Notes: generated from the letters alone by a model not told the origin. 63,504 bases of DNA, filler included, from Fonticula-like sp. SCN 57-25 (GCA_001724245.1; 11 parts of 11 records of this genome joined end to end with filler, not necessarily neighbours in it), one strand, 5' to 3'. Shown: positions 48,396 to 59,921, counted from the whole stretch's first letter. Made by a program: numbers and translations.

Positions 48396-49712
48396 CTATG
48401 CAAATGACGGCAAATTTTTAATCTTGCTCTCGCACAGCGCAGCAATTTCGTTGCGCGACGCTGCCGCCCCCTCTGCGGCGCTCTTCGCCTCCCTTGCGAC
48501 CGCCTCCTTGAACTCTTCCGTATCGCCTTCAACAGCCGCGTCCGCCGCCTCGACAGCCGCCGTCGCCGTCGCCGAATCGCCCAACTTTTTCAGCGCCACC
48601 GCGAGATCGGCCACAAACTTGGCGACCGCCGCGGTCGTCTCGGTCACGTGGGCCGGCGCAGTTGCCGCCTTGCGCCCCTTTTTGGAGGGCATCGCCGCCG
48701 ACGCCGCGGTCGCGAAAAGCGCCGCGTGCGACAGCGCCTCGAGCGCGTGCGACTGCGCAGCCACCGACGCAAAGTCAAACGGCGCCGACTCGGTAAGCGC
48801 GCACGCATCGCCAACAAGCGACGAAAGAAGAGAAGAAACCGACGAAAGAGCAGAAATCGCCGCCGGCGCGCCATTTTCGTCGCCGCCAAACACGGCAAAC
48901 GTAGCGTGAGCAGCACGCGCAACGCCCGCCACAGCACTCAACTTGGCAATATCAGAGGCAATAGCCGTTTTTTCAGCGACCATCTTTGCAACAAGCGTTT
49001 CCACATTGCCAGCAAGCTCGCCGAGCTGGGCGCGCTCCTCTGCAGTACCACCCAATCGCCTTGCGATGCGCATGACAATGTTGTGCGCCTCGATATAGTA
49101 TGCGTTCCTGAACGGCGCCGGCCTGAGCTGCTCGGCAATCGCCGGCGTCCCCCACTCGACAAACACGCGTCTGTCGCGGTTGTCGCTAGCAGTAGCGAGC
49201 TGCTCGGCGATGGTAAAGTCGTTTTCCGGGAACTGCGCGACAGTTGCGAGTGTGGCGGCGGGAGTCGCTTCGCCTTCGACGAGCCATGCGCGGCGCATCT
49301 CGAGCGTCAGCAGGTGGCGCTGAATCGAGTTGTCCAGGCGGAGCTGAAAGTTCATAAACTCGCGAATCTTGGAGTATGTCCCGCTGTAAAAGGCCTGAAC
49401 GATCATCTCGGGCGTCTCGCGCTTGTTGTTGCCATAAATGGTGAGCGCGTGCGACACATTCGCAGCGGCTTCCTCGCCGTACACGGCCAGATCAGCGACG
49501 TAGTCAAGCATGAGGTAGCTCAGCGTGTCGTGCTGAACGTGCTTGGTACCGAGTTCCTGGAACAGCTCAGAGGAGCGCATCCAGTTGCCGAGGCGGACGT
49601 GGCAGGCGAGCGCAAACATGCGAAGCTGAAAGTTTTTGCTCGAGGCTTCAAGGCCGCTCTCGGCAAACGCAGTCGCGCGAAGCAAAAGGCGTGTCCGCTC
49701 AGCACCAGAAGA
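48396..49712 (-). CDS. NAA25: NatB auxiliary subunit NAA25/Mdm20, C-terminal half
   Basis: NFQLRM...LGTKHVQHDTLSY, ETPEMIVQAFYSGTYSKIREF...RLDNS. Confidence 0.88.
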   Translation of the reverse strand, partial: SSGAERTRLLLRATAFAESGLEASSKNFQLRMFALACHVRLGNWMRSSELFQELGTKHVQHDTLSYLMLDYVADLAVYGEEAAANVSHALTIYGNNKRETPEMIVQAFYSGTYSKIREFMNFQLRLDNSIQRHLLTLEMRRAWLVEGEATPAATLATVAQFPENDFTIAEQLATASDNRDRRVFVEWGTPAIAEQLRPAPFRNAYYIEAHNIVMRIARRLGGTAEERAQLGELAGNVETLVAKMVAEKTAIASDIAKLSAVAGVARAAHATFAVFGGDENGAPAAISALSSVSSLLSSLVGDACALTESAPFDFASVAAQSHALEALSHAALFATAASAAMPSKKGRKAATAPAHVTETTAAVAKFVADLAVALKKLGDSATATAAVEAADAAVEGDTEEFKEAVAREAKSAAEGAAASRNEIAALCESKIKNLPSFA

Positions 49713-49887
49713 NNNNNNNNNNNNNNNNNNNNNNNNNNNNNNNNNNNNNNNNNNNNTTAATTAATTAANNNNNNNNNNNNNNNNNNNNNNNNNNNNNNNN
49801 NNNNNNNNNNNNTACTACTGCTTCTTGTCTATTGAGTCTACGCCCGATGGCACCTGATAAAAACAAACACATCTCTTTCGTCCCCTC

Positions 49888-51495
49888 TCAGTGGTGGTGC
49901 CCGCGGATCACCTCCTTGCGCCCCTTGGGCCGGGCCGGCATATCAAACTCCTTGAGCTTCTCGGTAATCTCAACCAAGTTGGTGCCGAGGTAGTCGGAGA
50001 GGAACTGACCAACCTCAGTGTTCTCGTGGTTGCCACGGAGCGCCTCGATGGACTCCTGGTCGCCGCCGGCGAAAGCGTACAGGTTGACGTCAACCGCGCT
50101 GTGCCCGGTGGTGCTCCACCCAAGCTCGGCGCGATCGCTGACCATGCCACCGAGCGTGTTGGTCACGCTGTAGGCGTCACCCGCGCGCAGCAGCGAAACG
50201 AGCTGGTTGAGCTCGGTGCTGGTGGGGTCGGCAATGCCAAAGAGGCTGAGGACGGTCGCCGAGATGGCCGTCTTGAGCTCCTCGTCGTCGGGGATGGTGG
50301 CCTCGAGGCCGGCGAGCTCAACAGCGCCCGCCTCGGCGGAGCTCTTGACGCCAGTGATGACGGCCGGCTGCCAGCTGTAGTCAGGGTCGATGGCAACGCT
50401 GAGACCGCCGGTCTCGTGGTCGCTGGTGGAGACGAGGACGGTGCTCGGGTGGTCGCGGACGTACGCCTTGACGTGGTCAATGACCTGGTTGTACATGAGG
50501 ATCTCGTGGATGTGCGCCGCGGGGTCGTTCGAGTGCGCCGCGTGGTCGATGCGCGCGCCCTCGATGAGGAGGAAGAAAGGCCTGCCGCCCGATGCTGACG
50601 TCAGCGAAGCGAGCGCGGTCTTGGCCATGTCGAGCAGCGACGGCTCGGAGCTCGCCTCGCGGTCAATCTCGTACGACATGTCAGAGTTGGTGAAGATGCC
50701 GAGCACGGGGAGCTCAAGGACAGTGTCCACAACCTCACCGGGGGTCTGCACAAAGCGGAAGCCGTTCTCCTCGGCCTGCTTGATCACATCGACACCATCA
50801 GCGCGCATCGACGCGTCAAAGTGGCGGCGACCACCGCCAAAGAGGAGATCGAGGGAGCGGGAGCCAAGAGGGCCCGGGGCGGTAACCTGCTGCACGGCAA
50901 TCTCGTCCTCCATGTCGCGGTGAGGGACGTGCGCGGAAAAGGAGGCGGGGGTCGCATGCGTCACGCGCGACGTCGTGACAATGCCGGTGAGATAGCCGCG
51001 CGCCTTGGCCGCCTCGAGCACGGTGCCGCACGGCACCTCGGAGGAGTCGACAGCAATAGCGCCATTGTAGGACTTTAGCGAGCACGAAAAGGCAGTCGCG
51101 CCGGCGGCGCTGTCCGTCACAAAAGAGTCGCTGCTCCGTGTGCGCGACGAGCCAACAAGGATCGTGTCAAGGGGAAGCTGATAGTCGGTCGAATAGTTGT
51201 TAACAAACTGCGCATAGTTGCGCGCGGCGGTCTGGCTGGCAGGGCCAAAACCGTCCGACACCATGAAGATGACGCTGCCGCGCGGCGATGTCGGGGCAAC
51301 AAAAACAATAATGATTGCCGTGCAGGCCATCATCACAAAGCCCATGCCAGCGATCATGGCCCAGAAAAGCTTGTGCGACTTGACATGCTCCTTGGCGCGG
51401 ACGGAGAAGGACCGCGTCTTCGTCTCAACCTGGGTCTCGACATTGGGATCCTCAAGCAGGATCCGCGAAGTCTCCTCGTCGTCCGGCACACCCAT
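49888..51495 (-). CDS. PHO8: Vacuolar-type alkaline phosphatase with an N-terminal TM anchor, intronless
   Basis: VIFMVSDGFGPAS, VTDSAAGATAFSC, THATPASF, LIEGARIDHAAH, TSDHETGG, GHSAVDV. Confidence 0.95.
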   Translation of the reverse strand: MGVPDDEETSRILLEDPNVETQVETKTRSFSVRAKEHVKSHKLFWAMIAGMGFVMMACTAIIIVFVAPTSPRGSVIFMVSDGFGPASQTAARNYAQFVNNYSTDYQLPLDTILVGSSRTRSSDSFVTDSAAGATAFSCSLKSYNGAIAVDSSEVPCGTVLEAAKARGYLTGIVTTSRVTHATPASFSAHVPHRDMEDEIAVQQVTAPGPLGSRSLDLLFGGGRRHFDASMRADGVDVIKQAEENGFRFVQTPGEVVDTVLELPVLGIFTNSDMSYEIDREASSEPSLLDMAKTALASLTSASGGRPFFLLIEGARIDHAAHSNDPAAHIHEILMYNQVIDHVKAYVRDHPSTVLVSTSDHETGGLSVAIDPDYSWQPAVITGVKSSAEAGAVELAGLEATIPDDEELKTAISATVLSLFGIADPTSTELNQLVSLLRAGDAYSVTNTLGGMVSDRAELGWSTTGHSAVDVNLYAFAGGDQESIEALRGNHENTEVGQFLSDYLGTNLVEITEKLKEFDMPARPKGRKEVIRGHHH

Positions 51496-51560
51496 GATCG
51501 CTATCGCAGTGTGGGGTGTGTCCTCGCGAAAAGTTCTTTTCCCAATATGATACACGCGTT

Positions 51561-51626
51561 TGATTGGCCAACGAGTGACAACACACGCGATTGATTGGCC
51601 AATTAAAAGGCTTCTGTGATTGGTTG
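51561..51626. promoter_or_regulatory. Three ATTGG (CCAAT) boxes about 30 bp apart in the PHO8/RNH1 divergent promoter
   Basis: TGATTGG at ~51561, 51592 and 51617. Confidence 0.55.
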
Positions 51627-51703
51627 GCGCGCGGGACTTTGACTTCACGACCGTGGCGGCAGCGTCAATTCTGGGACGACGGGGCCGCGTCCCTGCTCGC
51701 GAT

Positions 51704-52535
51704 ATGCCGTTCTACGCAGTGCATGTGGGTCGCCAGACCGGTGTGTTTAACACTTGGGCTGAAGCGGAGCAGCAGGTCAAGGGCTTTGCCGGCGCACAGT
51801 TTAAAAAGTTTGATTCTGTGGGCGACGCCGAGTTCTTTGCGGACCGCGGAAGGCAAGCTGCGTCAGCGTACGTTGACCGCCTTTTGCCTGAACTGCTTCC
51901 GCTTGACCGACACTAACGCGGCTGTGCAACGTAGCAGCGCGGCTTCGCCGTACAGCCGCGACCGTGCCAGCGAGCAGCGCGGGAGCAGCTACCAGTACAG
52001 CTCGTTGGATACCCTCGTCGTGCGTCGGCCTGCCGCGTCATCATCGAGTGCGTCTGCGTCAGTGGGAGCAAAGTCTCTTTCCGACCCCGGGCGCACAGTT
52101 GTGTACTGCGACGGGAGCGCAATGGGAAATGGCCGCTCGGGCGCCCGTGCGGGTATTGGAGTGTATTTTGGCACGAATGATGCGCGGAATGTGAGTGAGC
52201 CGCTGGGTGCCGGCGCGCAAACGAACCAGCGGGCCGAGCTGGCGGCGGCTGCGCGCGCGCTCAAGGCATCCAACCCTAAGGAGCCGATCGAAATTCGCAC
52301 CGATAGCACGTACACGATAAAGTGCGCCACCGAATGGCTGCCAAAGTGGCAGCGGAACGGGTTCAAGACGAGCGGCAACACCGACGTCAAGAACCGGGAC
52401 CTCGTCGAGGAGCTCGGTGCCCTCGCAAAGGGGCGCGACATCGTGTGGACCCACGTGAGGGGGCACCAGGGCGAGGAAGGGAATGAGTTTGCGGACAGGC
52501 TGGCCGTCGCGGGGGCCCAACAGAGCAAGAACTAG
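51704..52535 (+). CDS. RNH1: Ribonuclease H1 (hybrid-binding domain + RNase H domain)
   Basis: FYAVHVGRQTGVFNTW, VYCDGS, TNQRAEL, IRTDS, WQRNG, HVRGHQGEEGNEFAD. Intron 51868-51934. Confidence 0.95.
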
Positions 52536-52740
52536 CCAAGAAACCAGCGTGTGAATATGGATTTCGTGTAATATTGTGATTTGAAATTGAAAACACTATA
52601 GCTACAACTAGGCTTGCTTGCATTGAAGGAGCAGAAAGAATTAAAAGAGAGTCGCGATTCTTGGTGGAGAGACACACAACGCGCAGCATTGAGGCACAGT
52701 CGGCCCTGTGATGTGATAGATGATTACCCATTCACAAAAA

Positions 52741-55071
52741 TTAAGAGATGTAGTTTGACGGGAAGAGCCCGCTCGCCCCCGTCCTAAGGTTCTTGCCCAT
52801 GATCCACCCGTCGGGGCGCAGCGTGTCCACCGAAACGGCGTCGCCAACCGCCAGCTCGATCTCGTCCTCGTGCGTCGGCATAAACGAATAGAGCGCCTTC
52901 TTCGTCTTGGACGGCGGCGTCGGGAGCGGCGGCCGCGGCGGGGCAGTCCTTGCCGCCGTGTACGCCGCAGGCATCACAGGCACCGCGGATGGCTTGGGAG
53001 CCGGAACAGGCGCGCCTGTCGGCCTGGGCGCGGCAACCGGCGCGGCCGGCGGCTTGGCTACAGGGGCGGCCGGCGACTTGGCCACCGGGGCGGGTCTGGC
53101 GCCAAGGACGGACGCGGAAGATCCCGACGTCGTGACGAGCGGCGACAACGACGCCTGCGACGTCATTGGGGCGGCGCTGGATTTGGCGGGCGCAGTGCGT
53201 CCGCTGCGAGGGTCAAGAGAGGACCAGCCACTCTTGCGCACGCGCAGGGCCACAAAGACAGCAATGGCGATGAGCACGAGGAACATGATTGAGAGGCCGA
53301 CAGCGAGCCCGATGATATTGGACGAGCCCCCGACCGTTCCGGTGATAGTATACTGCGCGGCGGCATCGCCGACGGCAACGACCGACACGTACACATACCC
53401 GACCGTGTTGGTAATCTCGAGCGTCGTCTCCTCGCCCGCCGAGGCGGCCGCCGTAATGTCAGAGAAGAGCGAGAGCTCGGCGGTGCCGTTGGTGCGCGCG
53501 ATGAGCTGCGCGGCGCCGGCCTGCACGGCCAGCGTGACGCGAAGAACCATGTCGGCTGTGAGAGGCACTGACGATGCTGTGTAGCGGACGGGCTGACCGT
53601 CGGCCGGCGCCGTGCCCGACAGGGTCACGTCGGCGACGACGGCAGGGCCTATCGCGCAGCCGGAGCCGCTGTAGCCGGGGTAGCACGTGCACATGTCGCT
53701 GCAGCAGACGCCCGCGGCGGTGCCCTGGAGCGTCACGGAGCAGTCGCTGGGGCACGACGACACGCGGCAGGAGCCGAGGACGCACGAGAGGCCGCACGAG
53801 TCGCCAGAGGCGACGCAGTCCGAGGCAGTCAAGCACGGCGAGCCGGGGGGGCTCGTCGACGACGGCGGGGCGGGATCCAGGCTGAACGAGTACGCGACCG
53901 CCGTCGACGCCGACGTCGTGAACCCAGAAAGGAAGCCGCGCGCCGTAACAGTCACCGTCACTGTAGACAGGTAAAAAGGGGAAAGATGATGATTAGAGCA
54001 ATGGATAAACCAAAAAGTGCGCACCTTCAGTCGTGCGCGAAACGGTAAACGGCTCAGTGTAGAGCGTCGAGTTGGCGCTCGGCGTCGTGCCGTCGAGAGT
54101 GTAGCGAATCTGCACGTCGGCCATGACATTTGACATTTTCACGACGACACTGCCACCGACGCCGAACGAGCCCGACGCCGGGGTGACGATCGGAGCGGTC
54201 ACCTGCGGCACGGTGGTCATGTCCACGCACTCGCCCTGGATGCACCACTTGTCCGTGCCGCACATGGTTCCTTCGAGCTTGGGGAAAGACGACCCGCGGC
54301 ATCCCGATGTGCCTGACCGGCAGTACTGCTGGCAAATCACCGACTGGAGCGGGCAGCTGGCTGTGCCTGCCTGAATCTGGCACTGGTCGTCCGCAGAGTA
54401 GCACAGGCCGGGGTACGTGTCGCACGGCGACGGCAGCGTCGGGTAGGCCGATGGAACGTTGTTCAGGCACGAAGATGAGGGGCTCGCGAGGGTGGGGTTG
54501 ATATAGGCAACCGTGCAGGTCGACCAGGTCAGGGGCGTCAGCTGCGCCCCGGAATAGGCGGCCATGATAAAGTCGGACGCGTCGCACGAGTTGTCGGTGG
54601 AATCATGTCTAAAAATAGCATCGCGTTAAAAGCGAACAAAAAATATGCGTTGCTTTGATGGTGGCACGTACGATGCACCAAAATTGTGTCCGATTTCGTG
54701 CGCGATGGTGGCGGCGGTGGTAAAGCCCGTGTCCTGGTTGATGTTGGCCGAGTAGAAAGAGTCGCACGTGGTATCGACCCACGCAAGGCCAATAGTACCT
54801 CCGTCCATGTCGACGCGCGAGATGAGCACGGCGTTGTCGTGCGCGTACGTCGTCTTGACCCCGCGCTGCCACGACGAAAAGCTCTGCAGCGTCGTCGACG
54901 GGTTCGTGGCCACGGTGAACGGGTTCGTGGCGGCCGTTACCGTCACCATTGCCTTGAGAACAATATGAATGCGCTTGCTAAAGGTCTCTTCCGACCGATA
55001 CAGATACATGTTGTTCACCATGCTCATGAGGAGGAAAGAGTACGACTGCACGGCATCCACCTGCGAGGCGC
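52741..55071 (-). CDS. M12B (ADAMTS-like) metalloprotease + ADAMTS Cys-rich domain + Fn3-associated domain + EGF + TM + Pro-rich region + SH3; 5' truncated
   Basis: HEIGHNFGAS|HD zinc motif, Met-turn FIMAA, YSADDQC...EGTMCGTDKWCIQGECV, IRYTLDGTTP, EGF CTCYPGYSGSGC, TM IIGLAVGLSIMFLVLIAIAVFVAL, SH3 ALYSF...DGW...GLFPSNYI. Introns 54609-54671 and 53961-54024. Confidence 0.88.
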
Positions 55072-55171
55072 NNNNNNNNNNNNNNNNNNNNNNNNNNNNN
55101 NNNNNNNNNNNNNNNTTAATTAATTAANNNNNNNNNNNNNNNNNNNNNNNNNNNNNNNNNNNNNNNNNNNN

Positions 55172-55600
55172 GCTGGCAAGGATGCCGAGGCGCTGCGCAT
55201 TCTTGCCTACATTATTGTGCGCGACAACCACGACCGGTCCGCCGCGCCGCTTCGGTCGCTGCTTATGACCGCATCGACCATCTACCTTGTTGATGAGGAT
55301 TATGCGCGCTGGCCGACGCCGTGCTTTGCGTCGACGTACGACTACAAGAGGCGGCCGCCGTACCGCGTCGTTGCAGAGCGGCCCATCTCGGCCGTTTTGG
55401 CGGTTGAGACGCCCGCCAACGCGTCAAGTGAGATTTCACTCGTGTTTGAGGACCCGCATGATGGAAAGCAGCTTGACTTTCAGACGGCGTCGTGGGACTT
55501 GATGTGCGCGCTGCCCATGCTGCGTGACAGGTTTGCAAGGCAGCTCGGGACAATTTGGAACGAAATGTTTTCATCAGAGCTGCGCATTATATCTGCCTAA
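55172..55600 (+). CDS. C-terminus of a Nischarin/STK11IP-like protein
   Basis: SLLMTASTIYLVDEDYARWPTPCFA...ISLVFED...LGTIWNEMFSSEL resembles the Nischarin C-terminal domain. Confidence 0.65.
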   Translation, partial: AGKDAEALRILAYIIVRDNHDRSAAPLRSLLMTASTIYLVDEDYARWPTPCFASTYDYKRRPPYRVVAERPISAVLAVETPANASSEISLVFEDPHDGKQLDFQTASWDLMCALPMLRDRFARQLGTIWNEMFSSELRIISA

Positions 55601-55892
55601 TTTGCCAACATTGATGATGATTGATATGAGGATGATGATTGCAATTGATCATGATGTAATGATGTATATATTATCGTTGTATGCCATATGCAATACGTGC
55701 TGCATTTGTACTCTACCCACTAAATATATAGTATGGTGACGAACAATAAACTTGTATTCGAGAATGAGGTTCATTACATGAGCAAAAGCGCAAAAATGCC
55801 GCGTACAACCCAACTTTTTTTTTTCATTAACCAAACAAAAAACTTTGATGCAATTGCGAGTGACCGTGTGTGCCTTTCCGCCGCTCAGTCGC

Positions 55893-57956
55893 TCAGTCGT
55901 CGTCCGACCCCGCGTCCTCGGTGAGCTCGGCGTTGTCGGCGCCGCGCACTAGCGAGCGAATAATGTCGACGAGCACCCACGGCCAGCTTGCGAGCGCCTG
56001 CTTGAGCGCGTGCCTGTGCAGAATCTCGGGCGCCTCCTTGACAATATAAGCAAGCGCCTCCTTCCGGAGCGACTTTAGCTCATACTCGCTCGCCACCATA
56101 AGCGTGCGCAGCGCCGACGTCGCGCTCAGGTTGACGCGCAGCATATGCTCTGAACAAAAATGAGTCAGCAAATGCCTAAAAATAAGGGCAATATTGTTCG
56201 CACCGCACGTGCCGACGAGCGGCTCCTGCTTGACGAGGTCGGCGAGGTCGATCAGCGAGCACGTGTCGCCAATGTCACGCAGTTCGGCCGGCGAGCCGTA
56301 CACCGTCTGCAAAAAGAGGTCGATCGCGTCGGCGTCGACCGTCGGGAACGCGAGCGTCTGCGCCAATCAGCGTCAACTACACATACATAGTTTGCGGATT
56401 GCGTACCAGGTACCTTGTCGACATGGGCAGGCCCTCTGCCTCCTTGGTCCCCGCCGGGATAAAGTCGTAGCAGCGCGCGGCAATGATGCACCTGTGCGCC
56501 CAGATCTCGCCGTTCCGCGTAAAGATCCGCACGTCGGCGTGGTCGAGCGACGTCCGAAGGCGGGCAAGGTCGGCGCGCAGCGAGTCGGGGTGCGCCTGCA
56601 CGTCGGCGAACGAGTGCGCCATCTGCTCGGGCTTCATCGAGAGGACCTGGGAAAGCTGGAGGTACAGCTCGCGGTTCTCGCTCGCGAGCGACGCCACTTC
56701 GGGCTGGCTCAGAATGATCGGGAAACTAACAAAAAGGTCAGAAAAAGTAAACAAAAATAGGCAAGGCGTACCGCTCGGCGTTGTGCACGTAGCTGTACAG
56801 GAAGCGCACAAGCTCCGCCTGCTTGAGCGCGTGGGCGGCCTTGAGAAGAGGCACTATCGAGGCGACCGAAAGGTTCTCGCGGATAAATACAATCGTATTG
56901 TTCCGCAGGCGGTCAATGTGCAGCGACGTCGCTATTTAAAATCGAGTTAGGAAAGAGGAAACTAGCGGCAGCAAAGCGCACCGGCAGCGTAAATGTCGAC
57001 AACGTTCACCAGCGTCATGTCAATGTGGCCAGTGTATACGTAATCAATGACGCGCGCGAAAATAAGCTGCGAGACATCCTTGATGTTGATCGTCGGCGTG
57101 GCAATGGACTGCTGCGCGAGATGCTAAAGTGGCAAAAGGGCAAAATAAGCGGCGCGCGCGACAAAGACAAAGAGGCGCACCGGACACCGCACAGAGAGAA
57201 TGCAGCGGTGCGCAGCAAACTTGGTGCCCGACACCATAAAAGTAACGTCGGGGATGATCTCGCTGCGCAGCATCGAGCGCATGCTCTGGATGAGCTCAAC
57301 GTGCGGCACATCCACCAGCACGGGGACGCCGCTAAAGTCGGCGTGCATATCGCGAACCTGGCCATGTGGATTCAGCGCCACTTGACACACAAAGATCGCG
57401 GCGTACCCATTGGGTCGGCTTGTCGTCCGATGAGGCGACCGGGATAGCGGCGGCCCCTGAATGATGCGCAACCGATCCCGATGCCGCCGTCTCGGTGATG
57501 GCGCCGCCCGATCCGCCCGCGAGCTGACTGCCGATGGACTGGACCCACTCGTCGCGCTCGATGTCGCTCTTGGCCGAAATCAGATACACGCGGCCCTCGG
57601 TGGCGACCGAGAAGAGACACGTCAGCTTGGCCTTGGTGTCGTTCGGCTCGGCTCGGCAGCTGCTCACTGTAGAAAGTTCAATAGAAGAAATGGGGGCAGC
57701 GTCATCGCGCTGCTTGTAGTAGGCAAGCGACGTGGACGTCAGGATGAACCAGCGATCTTTCCAGCTCTTGTGGCTTCCGCCTAGCGACGGGACCACGTTA
57801 ATGCTACGATCTTTACGAAAAGAGACGCGCACCCTGCTTGCGGAGCATCCCTTGCTTCACGACATTACCTGCGCTCGCGCGCGCCGCCTGAATGGGAGCG
57901 GAGCCCGCCCCGGTGCCAAAGCTCGCAAAACGACGCCGAAACGAGCTGTCAGCCAT
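55893..57956 (-). CDS. PH domain + tandem BTB protein; multi-exon
   Basis: VVKQGMLRKQG|GSHKSWKDRWFIL...ERDEWV (PH). DVTFMVSGTKFAAHRCILSVRC and DVRIFTRNGEIWAHRCIIAARC (two BTB domains). Confidence 0.85.
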
Positions 57957-58253
57957 GGTGATGTCGCGGTTCTGCTGTTCTGATCAGTCAACAACCACGC
58001 CACCGTTTTTATTTTAAGAATGTCGTCACGTGACCTGCGAGATTGATGACCATGAAAAAGTTGATGGTGGTCGGGATGGTTCACTTTTCGCGGAATGTTG
58101 AAGAACGCCCTGCAGCCTATCATGGTTAGCCCCTAGATCCATTTTAGGGCAGATTCCCATATTTGGGTTGCATTTCCCAAATTTGGATTGATTGGCATCC
58201 AATGTTCCTTTCGCTCCCAAAGGTTCCGTTGCTACTCCCNTGCGCTGATCAGG

Positions 58254-59921
58254 ATGGGCAAGTACCTTGTGGTGGTGGCGCTTGCCGCTTTGGCCCTTTC
58301 GGCCTCTGCTCAGTGTACGGCAGACGCCCTTGCGACGCGCGAGCGCTTGGCTTACCTTTGACGCTGCGTTGTTAGATTGCATTTCGGGAGCGAAACCGGC
58401 TGGTGTCATGGTGGGGGAAAACTGCGTTTGCGATATCGGCCGCTTCCAGGTAGGCGAGGAGACTGCAAACTGCGACGGCGTCGTGCAGTGTGGTGTGCCT
58501 GTTTCTATGGAACCTCTCTCGATTGGCCAGGTTGTTTCCGACTCGAACCTTGTCCTTGAAGGCAGCAACCTGAGCTTCAACGCCACTTTTGATTTTGCCG
58601 AGCAGCGCCGCGTCGTTGACCTTTACTTTGGCAACCCCGTCTGCGGCCGCAACAACGGCGAACCTAATGGTGTGGTGAACCTTTGGCAGACGCAGTGCAA
58701 GGATAACTACCAGATCCAGCGTGACATTTTTGAGCTTGTTGATTGCGACTTCATTCCTGTCATAGAGGACAATACCATGTATCTCCTCGGCGAGATTCAT
58801 GCCTCTGTTGAGGAGCGCCTTCCGTTCTTTGGCGAAACGACTTTTGCGCGCACCGTTTCTACGATGATTCCCGTTTCCGTTGCCTTGGTGTTGAGCGTCA
58901 ACGTCGTCTCTGACCCGATTTCCGTCGTGCCCCAGATGGACATCCAGGCTCTTGTTTCGTCGGTCGAATCCAGTAGTGGCCTTGTAACTTTTTCTTTGAA
59001 GACTGCTTCTGCCAATGGCTACACGTTTGCGCCCAACGTTGCCTCCTTGCAGGACGCTGTGCGCCACTCTTTGTGTCTCTTCCTGCCACTCACGCTGGTC
59101 GCTCGATAGGTCCCTGCTGCGTCGGAGGCCACCATCGCCTCAGCTGGTGCCACCGCTTGCGTGGAATCTCCTTGTCTGCAGACCTTTACGTTCACTGTGA
59201 CTTTGAACGATGAGTGCTCCATTGACGGTAATTGGGTGATTCCCTTCATCGTCGAGTGCATCGACGAAAACTGTGACCCGTTCCATACGACCATCGCGGT
59301 TGAATTCGATATCGGTACCCTTTGCGCGCAGGTCAGCGTGGGAGGCAACCTTGGGGCCACTATGGACCTTTTGTACGATACCGTTTCCGTTAGCCAGGTC
59401 GAGAGCGGTCTCACCCTCGCGGGTGCCATCACCCTCGATTCTACCCTGGAGCTCTCTGGCGCAACCATTGTCGAACTGACGGTTACTGACAACAATGCCC
59501 CGGGCGAGCCGGAGGTGAAGACGCTTATTGAAGGCGACGAGATTTTGGTACGGGCGAGCGCTTCTTGCTATCAGCGTTAGTAACGTGCCGCGTTCGGTAG
59601 CTCCCGTCCAATTTCGCCCACGGCATCTTTGCGAACGACGTTTTGACTTTTACCCTTATGGTCGACCGCGGCACTGAATCTGGCCTGTTCGTCCGTGCAA
59701 ACGGCGACACTCTTGACGTCACTGTCCGCGCTGTCGTCGAGATTGAGTACGCTGGCGGCTTCCGCCGTCGTCGCACCCTCAGCGGCGGCAAGATGCCGGT
59801 GGCCAGGTCCCTCGAGATTCTCTCCTCCGGTACCGATGACGACTCCGCCGCCAGCACCCTCTTTGCGTCCAGCGTTGCTCTCGTCGCGTCCGCCGCTGCT
59901 GGCTTTGTCGCCTTCTTTTAA
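58254..59921 (+). CDS. Secreted beta-rich, Cys-containing protein with an RRRR site and a GPI/hydrophobic tail (paralog 1)
   Basis: Signal peptide MGKYLVVVALAALALSASAQ. Introns 58315-58375, 59059-59109 and 59548-59600. Ends FRRRRTLSGGKMPVARSLEIL...SSVALVASAAAGFVAFF*. Confidence 0.8.

Noticed and set aside
52100-52535. RNase H as a retroelement remnant
   Set aside because: It has the cellular hybrid-binding domain and an intron, with no RT, integrase or LTRs nearby.
5785-55171. Regularly spaced TTAATTAATTAA repeats and apparent gene clusters across them
   Set aside because: They are artificial concatenation linkers between contigs of similar length. They are not CRISPR repeats and imply no real synteny.
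58240-58240. Single N between the PH-BTB gene and the secreted pair
   Set aside because: An assembly ambiguity or join. Adjacency of the two sides is uncertain, so no shared regulation is claimed.
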